Shown here: positions 37,816 through 51,559 of the stretch, in pieces | Position numbering within the stretch: position 1 is the stretch's first letter | Layout of the letters: the number at the start of each line of letters is the position of its first letter | Program-made: the position numbers and the translations under genes | The notes under the pieces: model-generated | What the model was told of the DNA's origin: nothing | What the model saw: only the letters and a program-made list of their open reading frames with translations | The model's database searches: none | Source of the DNA: Sphaerodactylus townsendi | Lineage: Eukaryota | Assembly: GCF_021028975.2 (NCBI RefSeq) | Contig: NC_059430.1 | Coordinates: 37,200,001 to 37,264,000, forward strand | Reading direction: 5' to 3' | DNA length: 64,000 nucleotides

Positions 37816-38858
37816 ACTTAACTTGATTAGTCAGTCAGATGAATGAACAAGAAAGATGTCTCAGTTGGCTAGGCAGTAGATTCAAAAACAAAAAGCAGAA
37901 TTTAGCTTTAATGAATTTCTAACGTTTACATCAATCACAGTTGCCAGACACCATTTTAGAACTGACATCCCTCCTTCCTTCATCAGCAAGAAGAAGTCCT
38001 TTTTCCAGGGCTGGCTCCAGAGGGTTGCAAAACTGAGTATTTTGGGGACTCCGGGTTCAGTAAAGGAATCAATGCCGAAGCAAAAACATCATTTTTCTCT
38101 CATTGCTGGGAGCAGCCGAGGAGGTCAGAGGCGGCGGTAGAGCATTTCTGCTTTTGCACGTCCTGCCTCTCCCGAGTGAAAGGGGCCATTGTGGGTGTCT
38201 TCATGCAAGAACTTGGAGTCATCACAGGCCTTTCCAAAAATAGTGTCTGCTGCAATATTTGTATGTATAATCTGGAAAGAAACAGACCAAGAGAAGGGGA
38301 TGGAAGTATCAATTGTGCAAACTGATGCAGAATAAACCTGATACATTTTCAATTTAAAACAAGATCACGTTCCTTTTTAGGAGATAACCACATTAGGAAT
38401 CGAATTTGGCTTCTTAGTGGTGTAGAAAGGTACCGTTGTGTAAACAGTTGTTCACCATCTTTGAAGTTATTTAAAAAACATAGATAACTGAAAAGCACTG
38501 TCATGTTTCTTGTACTTTTTTTTACCGGGTGGGGGGAGGGCATATTACCCTTTCCTTAGTGGAACAGCCCAAAAAGCATTGTCATAATTTCCAAGGGATT
38601 CTTCCAGTTTCTGCAGGCTAATCTAGTTCTGACTTATATTAACTGTACACAGGCAACTATGTACTTTTAACATGGGAATGCAATGACTTAGCGGTCAGGT
38701 GTATCGTGTCTTAAGCATGGGCAGGATTGCACATTTCATGCTTATTGATGGCTAGCACCTGAATATGTGATATGGGGCGGGGGGAATCAAAGTCAACATT
38801 AGGTAACATGAAACTTCTGTTCATGGTTAGATCTGAGTCTGGACAAGACGCCAGTACT

Positions 38859-39453
38859 ATGTCTCAACAGCTTCTCTACCGGGCTTTGGTGTCTGCAAAG
38901 TGGGTCTCTGAAGCCATCAAAACTTCTCAACCTGGATTGGCTGTACGGCTCCTGGATGCTTCCTGGTACCTCCCAAAAATGAAGCGCAACCCTCGGACTG
39001 AGTTTGAGGAGCGCCACATCCCTGGAGCTGCCTTCTTCGACATTGACCAGTGCAGCGATCGCACTTCACCATACGATCACATGCTGCCCAGCACAGCGGA
39101 GTTTGCAGAGTATGTGGGCAAGCTAGGTGTGGGCAGTGATTCCCATGTAGTGGTGTACGATGCAAGTGACCAGGGTTTGTTCTCTGCCCCTCGTGTCTGG
39201 TGGATGTTCCGAGCCTTCGGGCATGATGCTGTTTCTCTTTTGGACGGTGGGCTGAAGAACTGGATGCGGGAGGGGTTTCCAGTTACATCCCAAAAGAGCA
39301 GACCTGTGCCTGCCGATTTCCATGCCACTCTGGACAGATCATTTGTCAAGACTCATGAGGACATTAAGGAAAACATAGAATCATGCCGCTTCCAGGTTGT
39401 GGATGCACGAGCGGCAGGCCGGTTCCAAGGGATAGAGGAGGAGCCCCGGGAAG
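38859..39453 (+). CDS. MPST: 3-mercaptopyruvate sulfurtransferase, main coding exon (acceptor at 38831)
   Basis: [27 protein letters not shown]; 595 nt; donor G|gtaatg. Confidence 0.96.
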
Positions 39454-40947
39454 GTAATGCATCTGTTGTGTCCTCCTGAGCAGATTTCTTTAGCTCATGG
39501 TTTTCTCAGCTGGTTGGTTTGCAAATTAGACTCGGTTTCATATATAAGATTTGAATCCTGATTGATCATGGTTAGTATTTTACACCCCACTCTTATCCAG
39601 AGTGGAAATCGCCAAGGAAAGAGATCTATTTAAACTGTTTTCCTCATTCATATTTGTTTTTCTGAACAAGCACACATACTAACTGGTTTCTGTAACACTT
39701 CAATTTGCAACAATTTTGTTTGCAACTGAATAGATTTTATAGGTGACCCTGGAGCCTAACCCCAAACCTTTGGAAACCTTCACGCCTTTCACACAGTCTG
39801 CTTACAGAGAAAGCGGAGATAATTCTATCTGCAAGGAAATTAAGCATGATCAGTTATTTGAAGACTACAGCTGCTGTTCTAATCATATAACTTTGGTAGT
39901 AATTCCCCTTGAATGGGGGCTTATTCCCAAGAAAAAATAATTGGAAGAAGCTGTGGATGTCCAAAAGCTATGGTTACTTGGTAAACTGTGTTCTCCGTTA
40001 AATTAAAAGCAAATCTTTCTTTGCAGCCATAAATTTCTGCTGCAGAGGTCAGCCCACCAATAAAATAAGAGTAGAGGATCACCTCCATGGCCTCTGTGGA
40101 TGACTGTGCAAATACAGAGAACACAACATCCTCGGATGTCTTGCTACTCCCCTGGTGCCATAGGAAACCCCTATTAATAAATACAGTACACAATACTGTA
40201 ATAATAAACAAGAGTCTTGTGGCATCTTATCAACTAAGAAGGTTTTAGTAAGTTTCATGGACAAAAATTAACTTAAAGTTAGCCATCACTCTGCAGATTT
40301 GTATGCAAAGATGTGGGGAAAAATGTAAGCATCAGGCTCGGAAGGCTATGGAGTGTAAGGAGGAACAGGGTGAGATGTGATTATGTAAAATTAAATATAA
40401 TGTTAAAAGTACAGAAAATAATTCCCCATAGCAATAACTGGTGATAATGCAATTTCCCTTGTTTTGCTAATCTGACGAACATTTGTTATGGCTGGGCAAT
40501 CTCGGGTCCTTGTTAAGTCCTTGGGAAATGCTATCAAATTGATGGATGAACTCAAAATTCAGCAGTTTGTTTAAGGTGCCACAAGATTCCTGTTTATTTT
40601 GCTGCAACAAATGTGATGTGGCAGGCAAGAAGAATCCAAATTTCTTGTGCATCTAGCATCTCATTTAAATGGAAATCTCAGCCATCTCTCTTTGGAACCA
40701 TTCTCATTCAGTCAGTTCATGTCCTTCCTGAAATCTGAATTGGTTCAGTCATGGAACAATTTTACCCCTTCATCTACTGTTTCTGTGAAGTCAGTCTTAA
40801 ATTTTAGCTTTCTGTCCTGGTAAAACACCAGGGTACCAAACCAGGATGCAGAGAGTGGGTTGTTGTTAGTATTGTTACTGTCTGAACTCTAGCTGACATT
40901 GTTCCTCTTTCTTCTTTGAAAAAAAACCCCCCCCCCCCCCCCCCCAG

Positions 40948-41246
40948 GAATTGAACCTGGCCACATCCCTGGCACGGTGAACATCCCATTCACTGAATTC
41001 CTTTCTGAGACTGGCATGGAGAAGAGTCCGGAGGACATCCACAGATTATTTCAGGAAAGGGGTGTGGATCTCAAGAAGCCCCTTGTGGCCACTTGTGGTT
41101 CAGGAGTCACTGCTTGCCATGTGGCACTGGGAGCATATCTCTGTGGCAAGCCTGACGTGTCCATTTATGATGGAGCTTGGGTGGAGTGGTTCATGCGGGC
41201 ACAGCCAGAACACATCATCTCAGAGAGAAGGTGGAAGAACCTGTGA
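40948..41246 (+). CDS. MPST: 3-mercaptopyruvate sulfurtransferase, last exon
   Basis: Active-site loop CGSGVT (MPST type); 299 nt; 297 aa in total. Confidence 0.96.
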
Positions 41247-41920
41247 GGGCAGCCTCCTGCCTCAGAAGCAGTGCCTGGTAACAGAGTGGAAATATGTTAT
41301 TGTGGTCCAGTGAAGCGCCTTTACCAGTGAATCTGTTGACATTGGGGTGTGTGTGGTCCTTTGCATACCTCCTTTGCTTGGCATAAGTGATGTCTTTTCT
41401 TCTCTCTCTCCAGTAGTTTGTTATTGGGTTGGGGGAAAGTGCACTTATTGGGTTGGGGGAAAGTGAGTCATGGGATGGTGGACGAAATTTCAAATAGAAC
41501 GTTGAATCAAGAAGTCCAGCCACATTGGGTGTACACAAAAAAGGGTTGGGGATGAGATTAATCTTGTGTTTGGCCAGGTTGTGTCATTCTTCTGTCGTCT
41601 TAATAACAATGTTTTTCTTCAAAAACTGAAATCGGGTTTCTATTCATTTAAGTTGATCAGACTCCAGAACAGGTTGTCCTGATGCTAGTCGCAGTTAGTA
41701 GGTGAGTTAATCTAGGAGCCTCTCTTCCAGGATGCTCATAGACCTCAACAATTCCCATCAGCCCCTGCTAGTAGGGGCTGATGGGAATTCTAGTCCATGA
41801 ACATCTGGAGAACCATAGGTTGGCCACCCCTACTATATGCTGTAGACTACAGCTCAAGTTCACACATTTTACACTTATCACAGGAACAGAACTATCAGAA
41901 TTATGCAATATCATCTTAAG

Positions 41921-42145
41921 CAGCATGGTATAGTGGTTAAAGTGTCAGACTAGGATCTGGAAGACACCATTTCAAATCCCCATTTGCGCCAGTGGAAGCC
42001 TGCTGGGTAGCCTTGGGCCAGTCACACACTCCCAGCCTAACCTACCTCAAGGGTTGTTAGGATAAAATGGAAGAAAGGACAACAATATGAGCTGCTTTGG
42101 ACCCTTGTTGGGAAGGAAGGTGGGATATAGATAGAGTAAATAAAA
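41921..42145 (+). mobile_element. tRNA-derived SINE
   Basis: gcatggtatagtggttaaagtg..ttcaaatccc head and A-rich tail. Confidence 0.65.
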
Positions 42146-45100
42146 AATTCTAAACCTGTTGAAAGTAATGGGTTAGAAGGGTATAAATTTCCTTAAATTT
42201 GCACTGATATTTCCTTTGTCACACCCAGATGAGAGTGTGAAGTAGAGGTGTTCCAGAACAGCCACAATAAGTGCTGCATTTTAACTATCAAGAGAGGACA
42301 AGGCAAGAGTTGGCCTACGGGGAGTGAAGGGGCAGGCACAGGCAATGATGCTCAGTACTAGCTTCCTAGGGAGTGTGAATGCTGACCTGTGAGTAGAGAT
42401 CTCAGGAATAAGTCCACTCAGTCAAAGGCCAAAACAGCCAGGATGTATGTGTGGTGTAGGGATGCCAGTCATTGGTGAGACATTTCCAGAAACATTGAGG
42501 GGGCAGAGACTTTTTGGAAGTCATTTTCTGTTTCACAAATGGGAAGTGACATCATGACTGTAGGATTTTCAGACATCTCTATGGTTTTACAGGGACAAAG
42601 CTTCATTGGGAGGTCTCCTGCCATTACTTGATAAGTGTCAACCCTACAGGTGGCAGGAAGAGGAGGACTAAAAGGCCAGAGCAGCAAAGAAGAAAGATAG
42701 CTAGCTGGCAAGGTCCAAGGTTTCTTGAGGTTAAGCAAGGTGATTGATTACACAACAAACCAGAATCTTACTTGTCCCCGTGGTATCTCTCTGTTATTGG
42801 AAAGACTAGTAAATGATGAAAAGCTGATGTGGAGAAGTGGTCCCCAGCCTACATAATTTAGCATCCTGTTAACTTGTGTTGGAGGAAGTATACAAACTTT
42901 AAAGCTTCATAAAGTGCTCAGGCTAATTAAATGCAAAGCACATCACATGTATCATAAAAACACGTTCATCCAAATCACGCAGGACTATAAAACCTTAGAC
43001 TACAAAGCAGCCACCCTTGCTCACTGGTTCTAGGCTAAATAAAAAACAAGTTGCAGATCTTGTGAGATCTCAAGATCAATGGGGGACTTCCTCAGGTGAG
43101 GGGAACATTACTAGGCCAAGCTATCCCTAATGTTTCTTAAAAGCAGCTCTGGGGGTGTGTGCTAGTAGATTGTGGGGGGGGGGGGAGGAATCCATATGTC
43201 CGGTTCACATCTAAAATGAGGGAGAGGGTCTGTTTTTAAACACTAATGATGTGTGCATGAGGGAGACCTAAACTCTGTCTCCTCTCCTCTCATACTTTAC
43301 CTCACTGACTTGCTCTTTTTAGCATTTGTTCTCCCTGTACTGTTAATATCCAGGATCTAAGCTGGACAGGATGCATTGGAGATGCAGATAAGGGGGGTGG
43401 GGGTGGGGTGGGTTTAGCTCTCTTTGCTTCTGCTCTGTTTTGTTTCAAACAATTCTCAGTTTTTTAATACATGAATGGCAGACCTTCCCCACAATTCATT
43501 ATATATCTCAGTGCACAAATGCTTCTCTTGAATGGCTGGGAGACTTCCTGTTCTCATTCTGTATGCCAGAGTTATTTAAAATGGCATGTTAATAGACACA
43601 CTTTCTCCTCTCTGCCTGCAATTTGACAGAGGATAGTTTGGGTGACTCGTGGGTCAATCCCTGAGCATTTAATTCCAAGTGGGGGTGGGGGTAGAGTTAC
43701 ATCTGGAAACATTTCCCACTGAAATGGAAGACAAAATGAATGTGTACCAGCAAAATAAACCCTGCTTTGAAAACTAAAGCCAAAAAGAAATACAAATTTT
43801 TGCACAAACTCCTAACTGAGCAACTCTCTTATTCCACCTTAATACTCCAGAGAAGCCCAAGTGTGTGACAGCAGATTGCTGCATGAGCTTTCCAGAGTTG
43901 AGTGGCTGCTTCCTCTTTATCCTCACATCTGAGTGCTGGGTGCAGTGTTTATCATGCAAGGACCAGCAAGAAACCTCCACATTATGAGCAATTGCCTGAC
44001 CCTCCCAAGGGAGGTTTGTTTACCCTCCTGCTCTGGAAAGCACTAAACCAAATAATGCCCAGCTGCTGACTACTGGAGTGGAGATTTGTTAGTGTTTAGG
44101 GAACTTTAGACAGATCAAAATGTTTGTAGTCTGTAGTCCCGGAACCATGTGAGTGTCCCAGTTTATATAAGCGACCGGGTGAAATCCTTCTGGCTTTAGG
44201 AGTCAGTAATTCACTACTGTCTTCTCTTGTCCTGCAACTGAATTACCTCAAAAGAAAACACATTTTCATTTTATAGCAATTGATAGCATTTTATAGCAAT
44301 GTGTCATTTTATAGCAATTGCAAAAGTGATTCCACGCAGTGTCATGAAGGTTTAGCAATGGCAGAGTCTGTCTACTGCAGTCCCAAAGGGGTTAACTATC
44401 TCTTTGTTGGTGCTAAAAGAATTGTTGGCAAGACATCTGGAATCATAAAAACGAAAGCATCCCAACACTCATATAAATCCTTAAAGGCTCTGTTGACTTG
44501 CTCTCTGGAGGCCTGCATAGGGGTGCATTTTTATCTTGCAGTTCCTAATGTCTGATGCAATGCATAACTTGTGGCAAGTGGAAACGTTAGATTAGATATC
44601 TCATAGTAGCAAATTGATGTTTGCTAAGCATGCACATGTTTTGAGTATTTTCGTGGGACTAGCCTCTAGTCTTTTTGGACATACCATTTGCCAACCCAGA
44701 TCTCATGGCAACACACTTAATTATGATGTGTCTGTAAAAAAAAAAAGTGTTGACAACATTTTATTTATTTATTATTTCGACTTGATATACTTCCCCGTCC
44801 CCAAAGGGCTCTGGGCGGTGTACAATTTAATACCAAAAACAAATCAGATGATCAACAACCCCAATAAAAACATAAATAACATCTTAGTTAAAACCGTTTA
44901 AATATCCAATAACTCCACAGCTTCAGAATCCAAACATCAATATCAGAAATTATTTGTAGCTGAATTACATTGCAGTCCCTTTGGCAAGCAAGCAGTGCAA
45001 AAACAAGAAAACCAATGTCCCGAAACCTAGTAAAATAAAATAGGTGTTCAGTGACATTTGAGAGACCAACTTTCTTGAGTCTGAGCTCAGTTTATCAGAT

Positions 45101-45359
45101 GCATAAAGAGCATGTGAACATGTACCTGATGAAGTGAGGGTTGACTCATGAAAGCTGATGGTGAAATAAATTCTGACTTAAGCATGCCACTGGACTTTTA
45201 TTTTGTTATTTACCCATTACTGCTGTGTCCTCTTATCCTGCAATGGAATTACCTCAAAAGAAAACACATTTCCATTTTACAGCATTTCATAGCAATATGT
45301 CATTTTATAACCATCAGGAGTTATCGTTACTAAAAGCCTACATCTTAGAAGATCTAATT

Positions 45360-46060
45360 TGAAGAGCGTTGTGCAAAATCGGAGGACGTGAAGAATAATT
45401 GTCCTTCTGCATGTTGCAGCGCTGAAATATCGCAGCGCTGTTACAAAGGTCTCCAGTGACTTCCTTTCACAAAACCCACCTCCAAGGAAGATCCTGGAGG
45501 AAACTACAAGTCCCAGAATCCTCCCGTATCCTCCACACCTGCAATTGGAGTGCTGCCTGTTTGCAAAAGTAGGAGGGACTCCTAGAGAAAGGGAGATGAG
45601 GATGGATCGAGGGGAGGAAAGGCAAACCGCGCAGAGGGCTTCTTACGCCTGGGAGAGCCACCCCACGCCTTTGCCTTCCAACAACCGCAGCAAATGGGTG
45701 CGGCTGAACGTCGGAGGGACCCTTTTCTTAACCACCAGGCAGACCTTATGCCGCGAGCAGAAGTCATTCCTTTGCCGTCTGTGCCAAGGGGAGGAGCTGC
45801 AGTCGGATCGGGTAAGCGCGCATCTGGCTCCTCAGGATCAGCGCTGCGGGGCGAGCATGTGCTGCGCGCTCTGGTTGCCTCGGCTGCCATGGAGAGGACA
45901 AAGGACTGGCGCGGACGGTCGGGCTCGCCTTCGGCCTCCGTCTGTGGTCGCAGTCCCGGGCACATTGCGTTGCCTGCAGGGGCTTTTGCAAAGTCACGCC
46001 TTTGAACAGGAGGCGCCCACCCCTCCTCCACTGAGGCATATGAATTCTTGCAGCGCCCAA
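45360..46060. promoter_or_regulatory. CpG island at the KCTD17 5' end
   Basis: CpG-rich stretch spanning exon 1. Confidence 0.7.
45596..45811 (+). CDS. KCTD17: BTB/POZ protein KCTD17 exon 1
   Basis: [48 protein letters not shown]|gtaagc. Confidence 0.93.
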
Positions 46061-47708
46061 ATGCTTAAGAAGCCAGATCCTTACTCTGGAAGGAATTTAC
46101 TTGGCGCATCTTGGTGTTTTTGTGGGGAGTGCATGTCTGAGCAAAATATTTACTTCTGGAGCAGCTGCAGCAGTAGCAGCATTGCTGTCTTGCGAAGGGC
46201 GATGATGATCAGCTGCCCCGGGGGAAGTAATTTTGTTACTTGTTTCCCTGTTATCTCAGAGGCTTGCAACTTCCCGGGCCCAATGAAGCTTGTGATCACA
46301 CACACACAGAGAGAGTGGCTAGTGTCTCTTGAAAGAGATGTCCCTTGTTTTGTTTGTTTGCCTTGGAAGCCGTGTGTCTGTGTCTAGATCTGCCCTGTGT
46401 AGTCTGACTTTGTGTGTCAGGTAGAGGTGTTTGGCATCACCTACTTTGGCAAGGTCCTTGTTAAAGATTTGGCTTAAACAAGATTGCCCCTGGGACTCTT
46501 TGCGTGCAAAGCAGATGTTCTGCCTATGTGCCACCACAGCCCTTCGTCCCTTTCAAAGCCATGTCACATCATCGTAGACACCTTTGCCACATTTCTAGTG
46601 AAAAGATGGAAGGTAACGTTCTCTTCTCCAAGACCACTCCTGACTCTAATGTGGGGTTTGCACTTTTAGAGGCCAAAACCTTACCTTGTGGTTATATGAA
46701 CTGGGTGCCTAAAAAGAGAAAGAATTCCTTGCTTACATTCCAGTTCTTAAGCTTTACAAAGTGCTTCTTCAAATGTGAGTGCTGCTTGGAGACAAAAAAC
46801 AAATCAAACTCAAGAGAAGACCACTCTGCTCTTGGAAGGTTACCATGTTGTTTCTGTACATGGTGAGTTGTTTTTTAGGGCACACCCTTCAGTTATGGTT
46901 GGGCACCACCAGCGGTCTGGAGTCAGGCAAGCCATGCTCAGGTTTGTTTGTTTGTTTGTTTGTTTATTTGTTTGTTTGCTTATTTATTTATTACATTTAT
47001 ATACCACCCTCCCCCAAAGGGCTCAGGGCGGTGAACATGAACATACAAATAGAGCACAAAATAAAATCAACAAATCTCAAATCATCAAATAAATCATAGT
47101 AAATGGCTCTATAGTCTTTGAATCATTAAAACCCCATTAAAAGCAGCGTATTAATATCAAATACAATGTCCTTATCTGTAATCTTTGTGAGACCTGGGCT
47201 TTAATGTACATTTAAAAAAATGTAAAGCTCAAATTACAGTTGAAGATTTGGCTGGTTATTTTGAACTGATACACATAATTTTGCTGCCTTTACTTCCCCC
47301 TCCTTTACCTACCAGTAACATTGAACCCTAGTCTTAAACCATCTGCAAGATACTTGTTCATGTTCTTCCTGCCTTTTTGCCTCTGTACTTTCCAAGCCAA
47401 CTCTCCCCCTCACAACTACACACACTTTGCTTGACCCTAAAACCTGAGGGAAGCTCATTTCTTATCCAGGCCAACATTTTTATTTCATTAACTGCAGTAA
47501 CATTTTGTGACTTGCCCTTCATCCATTGGTTAGGCTAGCCATACCTCTTCTGTGGCAGCGCAGTCAGTAGGACGTGAGGTTGTACAGTACAGGCAAGTAA
47601 ACTCCAATTGTTAGCTGAGTGTGATTTTTTGGGGGGCAATTTGAATATTGTGATAAGTCACAAATCCACTCATCCTGATTCCCTCTTTGTTCTTTGCTTT
47701 CTAACTAG

Positions 47709-47834
<126 letters not shown>

Positions 47835-48104
47835 TAAATTTGGGAATGGACAGCTGCCTGCCCTGGCTGCAGAATGACTAAAATGCCCGAAACTATGGAT
47901 TGAGTTGATCCTAAAATAGGTCATGTCCTGTTGCCTGAAAAAAATAAAGATCTTCTTGTGCTGTGTGGCATCCACAATAAAAGCCGTGTAAGAGCTGGCT
48001 TTACTATGCTAAGACATCTGTGTGGGAATAGAAAAGCAAGAAATGATGCCACTGTCTTGAGGCAATATCTTGTTTCGATTCTTGAAGAATACATATGAGA
48101 CCCA

Positions 48105-48290
48105 GTGTGATGTAAAATGGTGGACTTGGATTTGGGTGACCCAGGTTCAATTCCTTGCAGTGCCAGGGAAGCTTGCTGGGTGATCCTGGGCCAGGTACAA
48201 TCTCTAACGTATCTGAGTTGTGAGGAAAAAATGGAGGAGAGAACAATGTAAGATTCTCCTGTTAGGGGAGAAAGCAAGGAATAAATAAAG
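48105..48290 (+). mobile_element. tRNA-derived SINE
   Basis: ggttcaattcc B-box and A-rich tail. Confidence 0.55.
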
Positions 48291-50314
48291 AAAAAATTCT
48301 GAGAGTATTGAAACGTATAGTCTTGGTGGTAGAAAGTGCCGTCAAGTTACAACTAATAGACAACCTGTATGGTTTTAGAGGCAAGAGACATTCAGAGGTG
48401 GTTTGCCATTGCCTGCTTCTGTTCAGGCTGAGAGAATTCTGGAGAGAACTATGACTGGCCCAAGTTGGCTTAACAGGGTTCATTTGGAGGAAGGGGGGGA
48501 ATTGAACCCAGTTCTTCAGATTCAAGTCCACTGCTCTTAACCACTACACCACACAGGCTCTAGTGGACTTGGAAGGGTGTAAATCCAATTGCGTTGCACT
48601 GATTTTGCCCCTGTCTTGGTGAGACAGACAGGATATAAATGAAGTAAAATAAATAAAAATGTGTATGTCTTGAATATTTTACAGTTCTGTCCTCATTGTG
48701 AGGAGCTGTATTTTTTAACTCCAAAATGCCACAGCCCTGAAGGTTAGGAAGTTTGCCCCTTATTCCAAAGCATAATAGCTCTGTTGGGTGCAGATAGAAC
48801 ATATTTGTGATTTCCCTTGTTTTTTAATATCTTTTTTGGCAAGCTGGGACTCTACACAAACAGCTCTGCAAATCTCCAGTTCTGTCAGTTTCCCTTCCTC
48901 AGAGACTGCTCCGTGGGGAAATCCCTCTGCTTGTGCTTCACTTTCTGTATCACAAAGCAAAAGTAAACGTGGGGAAGAAACATGCTGTCGCCTGGGCTGA
49001 ATGGTCACTTAGTTTTCTGGGTGTGGTCTCCAGGCTTTGAGTGACCTTTTTTACATTTCCCTCAATCCATAACTGGGATACTGCGGGGGGGGGGGGCATG
49101 GGGAGAGAGAACAGAAAGGCCATTGTGGGGGTTCAAAATATAGACTTCAGCTTCATTTCCTTGCCCCCACCCCACCCGCTGTGGATGGGATTCAAACTCT
49201 TAGTGGTCACAGATGCTTACTCATCTAGCTGGCTGAGATGTTCAGGGCAAATTTCCAGATAAAACCTGAGGGCCAGATTGGTTTTGGATAGTAACAGTGT
49301 TGGTTCCTAGGCAGTCTTATTCCTCTGTGGGTTCATTAAGGGTCTATCCCCATTGCTTGCATGTGAAGAGGATCACATGTGCCTCTGGAGAGATACAAAC
49401 TGGCAAATGGAGAAGGCAAACATTTATTTGCCTGCTCCAAAGTAGGCAGCATCCTGAAAGCTATTACTGGAAAGCAAGTGAAAAAGGAACTTCTCCTGAC
49501 TCTTGTTGCTACAGCTGCTTTGTTGTGTTCATATTAAAGGGAATGAACTTTTAGCAGAAATAGAATGAGACCCCCCTAATTTCAGCCCCTGAGGTAACCT
49601 GAGCAGTCAAAGATAGACCTTTGAGAAAACAATATGTCTTCTCTTGGAGTATTTAATGCACCTGAGGGTCATTCATTACAAAAGGAGCCAATGTAATAAA
49701 AGGACACCCCCGCACCCCACCCCCGACCATCCAGATAGCATTTGAGAGCTGAGGTCATGGAGAAGGGGCTGGAGGAAATTCCTGAAGAATGAACTTAACC
49801 AAAATGTATCCACAATAGTACAGTAACTGATGTATGCCTTTAACACTACCAGGGAATATATCCTATCCAGGATCCCAGCCTGTGTTTTCTGGGGGGGAGA
49901 CAAGGGGCTTGGGGAGGGATTCCTCCTTTCCACAAAGCCTGGTGTTCAGGCTCTTTAAATGAAACACTTTTCAAACAGCCAGGGCAATCTATGGACTTCT
50001 CTTCCTTCCTGTCTAGCGTTGGGAATGAACTTGTAATATCCTGCATTTGAAACATGTGCTGTTTCTCTTATCCCTTCTCTGCTTGTTATGTGTTGTTTAT
50101 CAGTCTCCATCTCTGTTGATATACTGGTAGAATTATAGTTCACTGTACTATTTTGCATCCTACTAGTGATTCCTTTCATTTTGACATTTCTTCTTTCCCA
50201 TTTAATGTATATTCAAAGATACTGAATAACACTCAGATTCCACATTCTTATTATTCAAATCAAATGAATTTTACAAATGTTTCTAAGGTTGGTTTTTAAA
50301 CCTTTTCTTTAGTT

Positions 50315-50560
50315 GGTTGTGGTGGGTTTTCCAGGCTTGTGGCCGTGGTCTGGTAGATCTTGTTCCTAATGTTTCGCCTGCATCTGTGGCTGGCGTCTTC
50401 AGAGGTATATCATAGAGGGAAGTCTGTTACACACACCTCTGAAGATGCCAGCCACAGATGCAGATTAAACGTTTGGAACAAGATCTACCAACCACGGTCA
50501 CACAGCCCAGAAAACCCACCACAACCAGTTGAATCCGGCCATGAAAGCCTTCGACAATAC
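50315..50560. mobile_element. Palindromic Penelope-derived element
   Basis: Inverted arms about 50315-50406 and 50435-50527 with degenerate hammerhead cores. Confidence 0.7.
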
Positions 50561-51054
50561 TTTTCTTTGGTGTTTATGACAACGTTTTCTATTTTTGAGT
50601 GATGAGGTGGTGCTTGAATTTAAGTGGATATATTTTTTAAAAAAACCTTTCCTACCAGAAGCTTCCTTTTTATGTACCATCTCTTGTAATATTTTTGATG
50701 GGTCTATCTTGTTACTTTGGTTTATATGCATTAATAAAGATAAAAATTGTATTATAATAGTAGGCTGTATACAGACATAAATGGAAACAGGAGCTTTCCT
50801 TAGTATGTGTTCTCAAGACACCCACATTTCGTTTCAGGCTAAATACTAATTGTTTGCCATCCCTCCCATGCTCAGAGTGGACTATCTGCTTTATTTAGAA
50901 ACAATGACATTTTAATAATATCATTTTTTATATAAATGGGACTCAGTACAATATCTCTTTGTAATATAATTGCAAATTGGGAGGTGAAGCATTGGGTCTG
51001 ACAATTATCACAATTAAATTGAAAATATGGAAGCAACTTCATCCACTGGATGTG

Positions 51055-51255
51055 TGTGCGTAAAGTACTTCCATCAAGTCACAGCTAATTTATGGCAATC
51101 CCTATGGGGTTTTCAAGACATAAGATGAACAGAGGTGGTTTGCAATTGTTTGCCTCTGCATAGCCACCCTGGACTTCCTTGGTGGTCTCCCCTTCAGGAC
51201 TGAATCCTTTTGAGATCTGACAAGATCAGACTAACCTGGGTCACGCAACTCAGGG
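51055..51255 (-). mobile_element. 5S rRNA-derived SINE
   Basis: Reverse complement resembles the 15557 and 26322 copies. Confidence 0.6.
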
Positions 51256-51559
51256 CAGTCAAAATTTAGCTTAATAGAATAGGTAGAAGTGAAAGATTTG
51301 GAAAGATACTCTCCTAAGTAAGATTTTTATACAGTCAGTGTACTTGTATTGTGCTGCTGTACCATCTTTTCATGCATCCTCATGCACCAAGTTTTTGTTT
51401 AGCACTTTATTTTTTATAGGTAAAAGGGATTTTTTAAAATTGTCAAAATATGTCCTGAGGAAAGGGTGTGTGCTTGTGTGGCTTTATGATTGACCCAAGG
51501 GCCAGCCCTTCTAAGCTGTGCAAATCTTTGCTGCAATTTGGAAAAAAATATTTTCTACA

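Noticed and set aside
45812-46387. Extension of the 280-aa ORF past KCTD17 exon 1
   Set aside because: Read-through into intron 1 after a canonical gtaagc donor.
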